64,000 nucleotides of DNA from Negaprion brevirostris. Lineage: Eukaryota. The position numbers and the translations under genes were made by a program. Positions 24,764-37,600 of the stretch are shown here, in pieces. The stretch covers positions 49,072,552 to 49,136,551 of the forward strand of contig JARDVH010000084.1 in the NCBI GenBank assembly GCA_030324005.1. Reading direction: 5' to 3'. A model generated the notes under the pieces. It searched no databases. It was not told where the DNA came from and was given only the letters and a program-made list of their open reading frames with translations. Numbering within the stretch: the first letter of the stretch is position 1; every line of letters begins with the position of its first letter.

Positions 24764-25050
24764 GGGCAGCACAGTGGTTAGCACTGTTATCTCACAGCAC
24801 CTGGGACCTGGGTTCAATTCCCGGCTTGGGTCACTGTCTGTGTGGAGTTTGCATATTCTCCCTGTGTTTGCATGGGTTTCCTCCGGGTGCTCCAGTTTCC
24901 TCCCACAATCCGAAAGACATGTTAGTTAGGTGCATTGACCATGCTAAATTCTCCCTCAATGTGCCCGAACAGGCACCGGAGTGTGGGGCGACAAGGAGAT
25001 TTTCACAGTAACTCAATGCAGTGTAAGCCTACATGTGACATTACTAAATA
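24764..25050 (+). mobile_element. V-SINE, tail type A
   Basis: Same head, core and tail as 10797-11092. Confidence 0.85.
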
Positions 25051-26304
25051 ATTTTAAACTTAAAGCAAACCCAAAGTACATTAAAAAGTGTAGTGGACAC
25101 CAAGCGAAAAAAGGGAATTTACATGAAAATATTGAAGACAGCAGTAAGATTTTTAATGGTGAGGAGAGGTAGGAAGTAAAAACAATGGTGGATAATATTC
25201 CAGAATGTAGGGCCCACAAAACAGGAGTTGGAAGTCANNNNNNNNNNNNNNNNNNNNNNNNNNNNNNNNNNNNNNNNNNNNNNNNNNNNNNNNNNNNNNN
25301 NNNNNNNNNNNNNNNNNNNNNNNNNNNNNNNNNNNNNAAAGTGATCCTGTGCTTGTTGAATAAGGCACCATAGGTTAAGAAAAAAAAGTGGAATCCAGGG
25401 ATGACGATTTAGGAACAATGGGAATGACTACAAGGACACGGGAAGAGGAGTTATCGGAGAAAATTTTATAGCCCAGAATTTGTATTTGATCTGCATTTGA
25501 TCAGCTATAAAAATATATCCCGTGAGGTTACTAGAAATACAAGCTAATAACAACACAGGTGAGGGCAACAGTTTATTTGCTGATCAACGAGACAAACAAT
25601 GTATTGCATTAACCAAATGAGATTTAGGGATCGAGAAATAAACAAAGGAAGAACTGAGGAGCTGGGCAGTTAAGAGTGGATGGAATTCAGCATCAACTCA
25701 GGCACAGACAAAAAGAGGGACGTAGAAAGATTGAATTAAAAGGAGCAGAATAAAGGCAGAAAGGAAAAGTATAATATATCAAATCAGACAATTTCTGAAT
25801 CTCCAACAATTCACAACACGAAGGTATGAAAGTCCACAGTTTAATTGTTTATTTTCTGGGCAAAGAGGTTGTTTGACAGTTAAAAATTTAACACATTATT
25901 GTAAGTATTTATCACATTATTATAAGTATCAATTAGTAGCTACGTCTTGAATTTTATTCAATGTGCATGTGCGGAAACTTGAAAATCATTGGGAGTTAAA
26001 AGGAGAGCTGCTGCTTTTGTGAGGCTAATGTTGGAGTGGTGTGCAAATCAGTTAGTGGCTTATGGCAGCTGACAGCTCACAGTCTCTCACTTTCTCACCA
26101 CAGGTTACTGAATGACTTGCAGGTTGATAACAACACTTCTATCTTTCCTTATATTTTGAACAATTGCTTTCAGAAAGGTAGGAATAAAACTAGAAGAGAA
26201 CAATGACACAAAAACAGACCACAGAAAAGAGGCAGTGAAGGAAAATGAGCAGAATTTAACTATATTAAAAAGGTCACAGGAAAGCTAAAGATAGACAATA
26301 AAAG

Positions 26305-26420
26305 CAATATACTGCAGAAGCTGAAAATCTGAAATAAAAATGGAAAATGCTGGAAAAACTCAGTAGATCTGTGCAACGAGAAACAGAGTTGGTGTTGAAT
26401 TCACATGACTCTTCTCCAGA
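26305..26420. mobile_element. Degenerate Penelope-like terminal repeat (related copy ~33700-33820)
   Basis: atactgcagaagctgaaaatctgaaataaaaa...gctggaaaaactcag motif, shared with the 33.7 kb copy. Confidence 0.45.
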
Positions 26421-27554
26421 AAACTAATGTGTTGTAGCAGCAGCACAAGTTGTTAATCAATGACCAGTAGATGCTCGATGCTGTGGTTCGCATGGAAGTG
26501 AGATTGAAGATAGTTGGCATTGAATAGAACAAAAATGATCCATTTGAGGACTACAAATTAATGGGATTTTGGAATTGTCCTAGCCCTTAGGGAAGATAAA
26601 ATAAAGCTAAGCTTTCTAAGGAGGAGGTGAAGGAGAAAATAACGCATGATGAAAGAAAGAGGTAGGAGCGAAGTGGGCTTAAAGTGCCACGCGATCACTG
26701 AAGAGTGAGGGGATCAAAGGAGCAGGCAGCAGTCTGATGAATGGCCTGATTGATTGTTGGAATAAGAGACTGATTGACACAGACTTGTGTTGAAGGCTCT
26801 GGTATTAAAACAGGCAGTTAATGGCAGGAAAGAGATATGGCTTATCCTCATTCTTACTACTGAATCTGCTTTCACCTGCCTTTTAGCCAATACATTCCAG
26901 ATTACAACTCACTGCATCAAATAATTTTTCCACTGCTTCCCACAAGCTTTTGTACCAATTATCTTAATTACCATCTGGTTACTGAACCGCTGTCAATGGA
27001 AACTTTCCTCCTTTTCCACTCCTATCAAAATCTTTCAATTTTGAACATCTCTATTAAATCTCCCAACTTGTTGATGTCATGTTTCCTACCTTAGTGGTTT
27101 TTCTTTTAAAAATGGCCTCAATTTTATTTGACCGATTGTAATAAACATTTGCTATTACATGACAAAGACCACGTCTGAAGCTTTCTTTTTAAAAAACTTA
27201 GCTCATTTGTTGGCCTTGTAGGTAAATATACTGTTAGCGTGATGCTGAGTCATACAGATCAGCAAGACCCAAGCATCAAGTCCTGGTCTTGTAGGCATTG
27301 GCTGTCCTCCATCATTGCTCTATCCTATGAATATAATTCCAGACAATTGTTGATAGGTTACTTGGCTGTTGGCAGGTGGTGGAGAAAATCAGTACGATCC
27401 TATATTTATCCTGCGCTCACACACGTGGCTTTCCGGAACTAAAGTCACTGGAGAACAGTCAGGATGTGGAATGCTTTTCAGCACCTATCCCACTATCTTT
27501 CTAGTCTTGGAAAACTGGGGCATTTCAAATGAATCTTAGCCTCAACTCATTAGT

Positions 27555-27955
27555 AGTTCTCTCACCTCCAAGACAGAAACTGGAGAGTAAACTCCACTCC
27601 ATGACTTCAGTGCGTAATCTAGGCATGGTAGTGCTGAGGTAGTGCTGCAGTTTCCAAGGTGCCACTTTTTTGATGGTATATTGAAACCGAAGACCCAACA
27701 TCCTCCTCAGATAAACGTAACAGATTCTCTGCCACCATTTGAAAATGATCAAAGGGAATTTTCCCAAATTATTCCTCACAAAGAATCATGAAAAGGAGAC
27801 TGACTGGTCATTTAGCTCATTGTTGTTTGTGGGATCTTGCTGTGTGGAAATTGTTTGCCAATTTTGCCTCAGAAAAAAAAAATGAAGACATCTTTGGCTG
27901 TCAATTGTTTCAGTATATCTAGTTTCTAACAGGCGCTATATAAATGCAAAGTTAT
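27555..27955 (+). mobile_element. Deu-domain SINE (SacSINE1/AmnSINE1-like)
   Basis: gtgctgagg.agtgctgca...aaaccgaagaccc...tgtttgtgggatcttgctgtgtggaaattg...aggcgctatataaatgcaa. Partial copies near 19040-19230 and a split copy at 49440-50665. Confidence 0.65.
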
Positions 27956-28215
27956 TCTGTTGATACAGCTAGACTTTTCAAAAATTAACATTTTTTTCCC
28001 TCAAAATGCAACACAAAATTCAGAGGAAAGAAGATAAGTTGCTGCCACTTGAACAACTGATGATACCTGGAACAACTTTCATATCTAAGCTTCATTATGA
28101 GTTTTCTGCGAAGTTGATACTTTGGGTACATGGCTCATAGCTGAAAATCTGTTAACTAACAGTCTGACATTGTCAGTTTTGCTATTGCCGTAGTTATATT
28201 GACTGTAACGCCTAC

Positions 28216-28295
28216 CTTCTTCCTCTCTGGTCCTTTACAGTGATGAATGTAACAGAGGATCGCAGGGATATATACAGCAAGATCTGCAACAAACA
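28216..28295 (-). CDS. ALG6: ALG6 coding exon 5 (VFVADLAVYIPAILCYIHHCKGPERKK)
   Basis: 80 nt, tttttag/gtaggc boundaries, ADL..YIPA motif, frame continuous. Confidence 0.94.
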
Positions 28296-30546
28296 CTAAA
28301 AATTGGCAAAATGTCAGAGAATTGTAAACAGAAGAATTGTTAGGAACAAGAAAAAGCCTCAAGATCCAAAAGGGCTATTATTCTCAGAGATCAATTCTAC
28401 CTGCCCGATGTTTCAATATGTTTGTCAATTCCTTGATTAGACTCTCGAACCCATTTATGTCAAGCCTGCTTCAGGAGATTCCCTTAGTTACTTGTTCCAC
28501 ATTTCTTAGGTACCATTCCACAGATGCCAGTTGTATTCAGGCACCTCACTCAATGGCCACTCATTATGAGAGTCTGGACAACTGGTTAACTGTCAACAAA
28601 CATCTAAACTTCTCACTATGGAGGGGTAAGTGTATGGAGGTTTGGATAAATAACAAAATCCAAGATCAATGAAAAGGAAACAACAGCCTGAACTGATTAT
28701 TCCTCCCTCTCCCAAGATCTCTACCTCCAACCACAGATAATACCATCTTGACTGAGATCAGCTATCTGCACAAACCATTGAAACAACTAAGGGCACTTTG
28801 GTTTGGATGGAACATTGGAACAGGAATAAGCCATTCAGTTCCTTCAGCTTGTTCTATTTTCTATTCGACCATGGTCAATTCCTACCTCAAAAACGGTTTT
28901 CTGCCATTACTGCATATCCCTGACTTATTTCATTTCAATTGTCTCAGCAGTCACATTTATTTGGAGAAAGTTCCAGATTTCCATGAACCATTGTGTGGGA
29001 AAACTGCTTCAGGATTTCTCTTCTAAATGGGTCAGTTACAGGCCACCTTTCCCACATGAGCCACCCGAAGAGCTCAGTCCATTTCCCTGCCTGCCATTAA
29101 AGTTCCATCCTACTCATCTTNNNNNNNNNNNNNNNNNNNNNNNNNNNNNNNNNNNNNNNNNNNNNNNNNNNNNNNNNNNNNNNNNNNNNNNNNNNNNNNN
29201 NNNNNNNNNNNNNNNNNNNNACTCATCTTGAGTATGGAATCCAAGCCTCCTGCTATTGAACCTCTGTACTTGGCATATCAAAACATTACGGTGACACATT
29301 AGGATGGAGTACTAATGTGCAAGGTGGTAATGAGGAGATCTGAGAAATGTCAATCTTGGTAAGGATATTGCCCATTCACTCCTCAGTGGTGGGCATTGCA
29401 CTTCTCCTGTTGTTTTAATCCAGGCCAAGTTAAAGGAATGTAGGTCATTATTAGCAGTGAAAGTCCATTCTGAAATGACTCAAAAGTCTGAATCCTACTA
29501 ACAAAAATTGCCCAGAATTCAAAGCCAATTGAAACTAAGAGGTCACACAGACAAAAAATTAAAAATGAGTTTCCTATTGGTGTGGTAAGATATATTCTTT
29601 CAAGAGTTCCCAACACATTCTGTAAGTTTTGGCATCCATAGGACCCCGAACGCCCACTCATCCTCACCCACCCCATCCCCACTCCCATCCCTTCCCTTCC
29701 TGCGAGGCCTCTGCCACAGACACACTCTGCCACACCACAGGCCACTCCACTCCATCAATCCCCCTCCACAGGTTCACACTATTGCATTAAGTTCTAGGTC
29801 ACCACAGATGTGGTCCATCCAATAATACCATGGGTCAAGGATTCAGCCTGTTGCTTCAAAGCAAGATTTCAAACGCTGCACCATGTGCCAGTTGGTCCTA
29901 ACACAGTGATTCAACAAGGGTTCACTGTCTCCCATGACAGTGGATTGTAGAAATCTGGAGACTCTCTCATGTCACTGGTTAGTTACTTTTAAGTTAACAA
30001 GTAGCACTAAAAAAGCACGACTGAAAAAAATAATCACTTCTCTCACGGTTATGATTCGACATTTAAGGTTTAGTTAATTTGGATCTGGACGCTTTTGCAT
30101 GGGAGTAGGTAAAGTAGATTAATACTCATATTCAGTCCAATAACCCCAAATGACCTCCAGAATCCTCAAGGACGCCAACTGAACAGATCATAATAGATGT
30201 TTTTGTCACTGGATAGACCACTGCTGCAGCAAAGTTTTGCAATTTCAGTCTATGCCTTTGATTAAGATAAAATTTAAATTTTTCATCAGTTTTCGAAGGC
30301 GGCAGTTGAGGCTGTATGCTATTTGCCATCAGTTTAAAGGATGCATCACATATCTATAAACAATTAAATTGATCTACACTCCTTGCACATGTGAGATGTT
30401 TGTTTTCCACAAAGTTTTTTAAAAATTATTCTTAACAAAATATAAAAGTTTTTTTGCTCTTTCACTTTGCCTTAATCTATACCCAAGTGCACCGCAATAT
30501 TTGTTTCTCTAACACCATTCACTCTACTTGGATGATCTACTTCAAG

Positions 30547-30873
30547 GGGCCAGCACAGTGGCACAGTGGTTAGCATTGCTGCCTCACAGCGCCAGAGACT
30601 CGGGTTCAATTCCCAGCGTGGATCACTATCTATGTGAAGTTTGCACATTCTCCATGTGTCTGCATGGGTTTCCCCTGTGTGCTCTAGTTTCTTCCCACAG
30701 CGCAAAGATGTGCTGCTTAGGTGGACTGATCATGCTAAATTGCCCCTTAGTGTGAGGGGGCTAGCTAGGGTAAATGCATGGGGTCATGGGGATAGGCCCT
30801 GGGTGGGTTTGTGGCTGGTGCACTCTCAATGGACTGAATGGCCTCTGCACTGTGGAATTCTATGACTCTATGA
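30547..30873 (+). mobile_element. V-SINE, tail type B (HE1-like, CR1-derived tail)
   Basis: tRNA-like head, V core, and tail ...gaatggcctctgcactgtggaattctatgactctatga. Confidence 0.85.
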
Positions 30874-31611
30874 TCAAACCAACTGAGTTGTCCAAGTGAT
30901 TTTATCCACTCCCAGTTTGCACAGTTCCATTAAATTATTGAAAACTGTGCCATGGCAAACATCTTGTGCATGTCATTTCAGGATTGTTTGCCCAAGGTGC
31001 CCACTTCAATTATAAGTCATGCTGTTTAAATCACTAGCAATGATGAGAATATTTTGTCTTGCCACCTCAGTTTCCTAAAATGGGGAAGGACAAAAGATTT
31101 AAGTACCAGAAATAACAGAAAATCCAATGTATTTTGGATGATGGAAAGGCTTTCAGGGGTCAAAAATTGAACCATTTGCCAAAACATCCACTCTCTTCAC
31201 CGCTCTTGCAGCTTTGGTATTGACATGGCTGGTCTAGTTAAGTATCTGCTGAATGACCAAAGCTGAAAGAGGAAGGCTCAACAATGGTGATGCCATCGAA
31301 GATCAGGGAGAGTTTGCTGATCTAATTTTGTTCAAGGTGATCTGTACCAGGCAATTCTCCAGCCCTAGTTAGGATTTTATTATTTCATGATCAACGTGCT
31401 TGGGAATGGAGCTGAACACGAGCCTTCTGTAAAACACCCCTGTTATTATAATGGAGGAAGGTCACTGATGAAACAGCTGGATATGGTTGGACTGAGGAAC
31501 CCTGGAGCTGATTTCGACCAGCTGCTGACAACCATAATCATCAACCTGCAGTTCGTTGTCCTTTCAGATTTCTTTTTAAACTTTGCAGTTGTTTCTAAAA
31601 TTCTTAATTAC

Positions 31612-31700
31612 CTGTTGCTCGCATGAATAGCTTGTGCCCAAGGCTTTCAAAGCCATGAGATGTATGAAGAGCAGTCCACTCAGGATTTATCGATTTAGCT
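31612..31700 (-). CDS. ALG6: ALG6 coding exon 4 ([29 protein letters not shown])
   Basis: 89 nt, ag/gtaatt boundaries, HKLFMR motif. Confidence 0.96.
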
Positions 31701-32356
31701 CTGTGTTAAAAAAAAGATTTACGTCTAGAATAAAAATGCATTCACTTTATGTAAAATGTGCACATAATCAATAAAATATACCCAATGACAGATAGCACAA
31801 TTTCTTTTTCTCCATCTAATTCCCTGTCCTCCCCAAAGGAAATTACTGCCTTTGACACCTCACCCAAGTATGTATTCCACATAGGGAAGCCTGAACTCAA
31901 TGTCAACAGGCTGCTTCACAATGTAGAGCGCAACTTGAGCTTCATCCTGTCCTCATCAATCAGAGCAGCTCACACAACTGCTTTCTTTCCAAGTCTCAAA
32001 CTGCAACATTGTGGCAGCTGGCGTAAGTGGGCTGAACAACCTGTCAAGCCCATGGACAAATGTCCCATTGCAACATCTAAAACTTACATTCACAAGCTGT
32101 AATTTATGTTGGAGCGTAATTCCAATATCACCAATGGCTATTCTTCAAACCAAAACAGTAAGTATGAGCACAAACAGCATCAAAGCCGAGAGCGATCCTG
32201 ACCTCACCCAACATCCACTTTCCTGCTGTAAGGGGAGGAAGAAGGTGGGCACTGATCAGGAGCTGCAATCTTAACTAATTACATTTCATATCAGAGATTT
32301 CTGAACACTAATTCTAAAGCAGAGTTGTCTTATCTACAATGGCAGTTTAAACTTAC

Positions 32357-32446
32357 ACATATGCACAAACCAGACTGTGATAAGCAGTGAGCGGTGGATA
32401 ATCCAGACCCCAGTACTTCAGATTATTGCTGCTTGTATTGAAGTAC
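32357..32446 (-). CDS. ALG6: ALG6 coding exon 3 ([29 protein letters not shown])
   Basis: 90 nt, [14 protein letters not shown] hallmark of ALG6, ag/gtaagt boundaries. Confidence 0.97.
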
Positions 32447-32589
32447 CTGAAGTAAAATATATCAACTGTATGTTAACCATAAAGAGAATGCATTCAGAAA
32501 TAGTTAAAATTACTACATTTATATATTACATGTTTTGACAACATACTCTCTATTGCTCTATATGTAGCTAATTGTACCACCCAATGCAG

Positions 32590-32960
32590 AATCAACATTG
32601 TCCCAAATCCAATCCCAAGATCTCTGCTGGGTTAGCCAATCTCAAGATTACAGCAATAAGATGCTATAATTAGCCTCAGTGCCATGAACTAGCAAAGAGG
32701 GATGAAAGTCAGGGATCACACTCATGAACGATACCCAATGACTTCTACTGAAAAGTGTAAATGTCAGGTGGGAACAGGACAGTACTCGACCATGATGCCC
32801 AACCCTTTCAAGGATTTAAATGCTCCCTAGCATTTCCTGTTGAGGCTTACGTCCAAAAAAACGAATGCCTAATTGAAAGACTGGAGGTTTGCCAGGACCA
32901 ACATTATTGCAGTTGACCGCAAGAAAGGGTAGGAGTGGAGATGTCAGAGGAACGAAGAAA
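32590..32960 (+). mobile_element. Ancient SINE-like repeat family copy
   Basis: Degenerate motif ctgctgggttagccaatctc...tagcctcagtgcc is shared with copies near 4520-4720, 9880-10190, 23160-23450 and 54930-55190. Confidence 0.45.
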
Positions 32961-33053
32961 TTGAATTGCAAATAATCTAAACAAAATTCCATTGCGAGAC
33001 ATCTCCAAGAACCTCCATAAACATTGCATTAATTGAATAATGAGATTACAAAC

Positions 33054-33138
33054 CATTGATGGATGGGTAGATTGATGGTAACCTCCTGCCAGTGTCGCTG
33101 AGCCTCATAATCCCCAAACATAGGTGGTTTCCCAGCAC
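33054..33138 (-). CDS. ALG6: ALG6 coding exon 2 ([29 protein letters not shown])
   Basis: 85 nt, [13 protein letters not shown] hallmark, gcag/gtttgt boundaries. Confidence 0.97.
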
Positions 33139-34411
33139 CTGCAAATACAGTTAAAAACTGTAAAGCAGACAACATTAAAGGGTGTACTTTCACAAAAAGG
33201 TTGGCAAGTTCATCCTTCTAAGATCAATGTTTCATGTGGAAAGTGACTGACATGGAACAAGGAGGCCCAGAACACATCAGTCCTCTCAGGGAAATTCACC
33301 AATTTCAGTTACTGCAGCAATGCAACAACTAGTCAGAGTATCAATGCACCAGGACATTGGAAAGCAGGCTCCTGGCTTCTAGACTCTTGATTAATGTCAA
33401 GTGACCTTGCTGAAAAGGTCTGAGTTTATCTGTAAAAGACATTCTCATCTCTTGACAAGTTTATTCTACCAAGTCAACAACAATATGCTCTTGAATTTCA
33501 AGAGTTTTGCAAAAAGGGACCAAAACCCAACTAGAATTTTGGAAGGGTGATTTGGAGTGGACTAAGGATATGGTCTAGGCTCACACCTTGAGAACAGTCA
33601 TGAAAGGAAGGACGTGATGAACTGCTGCCATTTGTGGAACCACATTCCAAAATTGTATGAAAAAGTGGAAAATCAGAAATGTGGAATAAAGTGACAAAAA
33701 ATAAAATGTTGTAGATGTTGGCAATCACAAAACATAAATTGAAAAGTTTGAAAATACTCAGCAGTTAGGCAGCATCATCAGCAAAACAGCAATAACTATT
33801 TCAACTCTTCCTCAGAGCTACTCACGGTTACAGATGGTCAGCGTTTTAAAAAACGCAAAGGAAATAAAATAGAAGTAACTTCCAGTAGAGAACAGGTGAT
33901 GATAAAGGTGCAGTTATGACATTTATAGGAGTCAAACGGTGGCTTAAGGATAGAAATCAAAGATAATGTGAATAACTAAAAGGAAGCATAAAAATGATCG
34001 AGGTGGGACAGCTTCCAGTGGTTCAGGAATCTGTTAGAAAAAGAAAGGGCAACCACTATTTCCCAGTTTGAAGCATATGTTTAGCAAAACAAGGTGCATT
34101 ATTTTTTGCAAGTTGATAAGCCCCTGAAAAGCAATTTCTGTAGAATTTCTCATTCTACGTCACAATACTGTAAGCTTGCAAAGAAAACCTTTGTTCCAAG
34201 AAGCCTATCCACCTCTTTAACAAGTCTAAAAACTAAACACGGCTCGATATCGCCACTCGCAAGGGTCTTATCAAATGCAAAAGCTGTTAGCAATCATTGC
34301 GGTTTACAGACAACAGTTGACACATTCAGCTTGGACTCAGGGATGTCTGTGTTTCCATTGTGGTGTGGAGCTGAATAATGAGGCGGGATGATCTGCAGCT
34401 CACTGACTGAC

Positions 34412-34493
34412 CTGAGTATGAATTCAGAGATACTGTCCAGCGCACCGTGAGGCTGACTGCGAGTATTATGGCGATGGTACTCCATCGCTCCAT
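34412..34493 (-). CDS. ALG6: ALG6 (Dol-P-Glc:Man9GlcNAc2-PP-Dol alpha-1,3-glucosyltransferase) first coding exon (MERWSTIAIILAVSLTVRWTVSLNSYS)
   Basis: ATG at 34493, 82 nt, donor gtcagt; matches human MEKW...LTVRWTVSLNSYSG. The ten exons total 984 nt (328 aa) in frame. Confidence 0.96.
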
Positions 34494-34645
34494 CCCGCGC
34501 TGAACTCCGGGTCCGGCTCCCCAGGACTGCCCGCTGCTCCTTCTCAGGCTCTCTGTCTGGCCCGGCACTTCCTGGATCCCCCGCGCCTGCGCGCTCCATG
34601 TCCCACGCCATTGGGCCGGCGCTGCCTGATGACGTAAGAGCTGCT
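34494..34645 (-). promoter_or_regulatory. ALG6 GC-rich housekeeping promoter / 5' UTR
   Basis: ETS-like CACTTCCTGG (34566-75), NRF1-like GCGCCTGCGC (34583-92), YY1/CCAAT overlap CGCCATTGG (34606-14), CRE-like TGACGTAA (34630-37). Confidence 0.65.
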
Positions 34646-37600
34646 TGGCCAACTTGAGAGTTGGTGTCATTGTCAATGGAGAGTTTGCTGTGTGAAGTTT
34701 CCTGGATTTAAGTTTCGAGGAGACACTGATCAGACGCATCACTTTAAAAACTACACGATAACATCACTTTAATTCCCTGCAGCATATATATTTCATAAAA
34801 CCCTATTTACTTAAAATAGCAGTAAACCCATTTCAGAAGAAGTTGGGTCAGCTGCCATTACAATAACCTATCGTAGTTTACGAATACATTTGTTCTAATT
34901 TGTTTTCAGATTGTTTGCTTTAATTAAGGGACAGAATTCCTGGCTGCATTTATATGGGTAGATAAAAAGTTATTTATATTGACATTTCAATTCCAATTTG
35001 GGTAGTATCCCAATTATATGTTGTCCTTGGCGCGTACAAACATGCTAAAGGAGACAAAGTACTGAAAAGGAACAGAAAGACAGGGAAATGTTAGAAATGA
35101 AACTCGTTTAATGGAAAGTTTTGTGTTGGGGGGGAGGTGAGTAAATCCATCTAAAGTGCGAACTTATGTCAATTTCTCTCAGACATTGTAAGATAAGCCG
35201 CATTGTAGATCAGGAAAGATTTAGACCGGACAGGTCATGAAGTGGTCAGAATTCATTTGTTAATGCTCGTACAAGTTCATATCCTTATGCTGTCAAGCAA
35301 ATGACAAAAATAACTTGTGTTTTGATGAACCTGGACGAACAGCATCAATTTTCAAACTTTTTGCTATGCTCCCTTCCTTGTATTGCTGCCAAAATTAATA
35401 TTATTTCAGCCTCATTTGTCATCATACGTTATAATGGAACCAGTTGAGGCAATTAGTTTTATTTAATTAGATATCTCATACATAACCTCCAATATATTTA
35501 AGTTGAACTGAATATTGACAAGGTTTGAGAATCGCATTTAATTGGATTCCTTTGCTGTAATACAAAAGTAAAACGATTTAATTGGATTCGTTTTTGCTCA
35601 TTCTGATGAGGTTGAGGCGGCTTATTACTTTTCGCTTTTTGCGTTTATGATCATTCCTCGTGTAAAGAATTGGTCAGAAGCACAAAAGCAGCAACGCATT
35701 GGGTTGCGTGAATTATTAAAACAATTGAAATAATAATTTAAATCAAAAGTTCAACGTCTGTGTATGAACAATGATTCCTTGCTGGTTTAATGCGTTTGAC
35801 CAAAAGTCTTCAATCAGTAACGTCTACGTTTTGATTGCTTTGATTTTAATTGAAAAATAAATATTCTCTATTATTGTTACATATTTCCATGAATGTTAAA
35901 TGAATTTTGGATAGTTCAAAGCATTCGGTATCTTGCATTGCGGTTTTCAGTATACGTACATTATTTTTAAAAATAGATGCTTATATCTAATAACCATACT
36001 AAGCATGGAAAATGTAGTCTTTCTGGTACAAGTTTTATGGTGTAGATGCATTATACTACGAATATGTATTTTTTACAGATTTACCTACATCGTCGCAAGA
36101 AACCCCACACGACGACGCAAGTTAATAACACTGCTGTTCGAGGTTAGGCAGAGTTTAGCCATCCCACCTTCGGTTAGATTAACCCCAGATTTCTGTACTG
36201 TAAAGGTTGTAGTTCCATTTTGAAAACGATCGCTGCCTAATGTTTGTAGAATTATAATGCATGTTAAGATTTTTAAAAACTCCGCCGCCATACTTCGTGG
36301 CTTTATATTCAAACAAAGGGCAAGTCAACTGATTTCGGTCAAGGTGTATTCATGTTCCTGGTGATTCTGGTGGTGTTCCTGGGCCGCTCGGACTTTATTT
36401 TGTAAATAAAATATTCAAACTACAGAGAATGTGAACAAAACGAAAAACTGGCACAACGTTATATTGCTCATTAAAATCTGGCGGTTTAATTTATATCGTG
36501 TTGCTTGACAGTGTAATTTGGCAAAGAGCTCATAGGCGAACGATAGATAAGATTAGCAGCACAAGAGTCCTAAATAAAAATAAAATCGATGTTTTTATCT
36601 GGAAGTCGATTTTGGTTGAAGTTTCTTGTGCTGATTTTATTTCACAATGATGGCGCATTCACTTTTTAAATTGAATTAACTTCAACAATGTTGTAACTGA
36701 ATATAAGTCGAAATTGCCAATGAATTTTGCTTTCATGACTTAATGCGTTTATTTACTAGGAATCTGTCTGCTGTGTTTGATACGTTTTTTTTACCTAAGT
36801 TTGGGTTCATTGTCGTTTCACCTTTCACCTGTACATACATACGTTTTGCTTTCAATGATTTCCTACACTGAAAGCGAGTGATACAGATAATCGGTGGACG
36901 ATAGTTTCATTCACGTATTAATTGCAGAAATAACTGAGATCCCGAGGAGCGAGAGTAGTGGCATCACTTTCCCCACCACTCAATCTGAAAATGAAAATAA
37001 CTGCGCAAAGCCCAATGAAGTAAATAATAACATTTTACAAAGAGGAACAGCTCCACAATAAACTTGAATACATAATTCTAATACTGACACACACATGGCG
37101 AGAGGGGTTCCCTTCAAATTTGGAAGCAAACTTCTCTGGTTCAATTTGTTTTATTTGCTGTTGTGTTTAAAGTAACTATCGGGCAGTTGCTAACATTTCA
37201 GACATTTTAAGCACATTCCGTAAGTGACATCTAGTGTTGTATTTCGGTATCGCAGACGCCCGTCCAAATCCAACCCCGAGCGTCCAAATGGAACGAGATT
37301 TGGTTAAGTTGCAATAATTATTACAGTGCTGTTTATATCATTTTCGGCGCATTACTGAGATCCAACTCTCAATGAAATAAGAACGGAAATGCTGGTTACA
37401 CACGTTAGCCTCATTGACGCTTAATCCGTTCCAATCCTCACAAATTGCAGTTTACCTTCTGGGTTTCAGTAAAATAGAAGTTTGTTCCAGACTTGGGTTC
37501 CTATAATTTCTTTAAAAAAAAATCAATGCAAACAGTTTTGAATTTGTAAAAAAGCGTTTTTTTTATTTCTGCCGTTCACTTATGTCGACTTCTGTGACAC

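Noticed and set aside
34603-34614. ER-stress element (ERSE/ERSE-II) in the ALG6 promoter
   Set aside because: CCACG and ATTGG are present, but their order and spacing match neither CCAAT-N9-CCACG nor ATTGG-N-CCACG.
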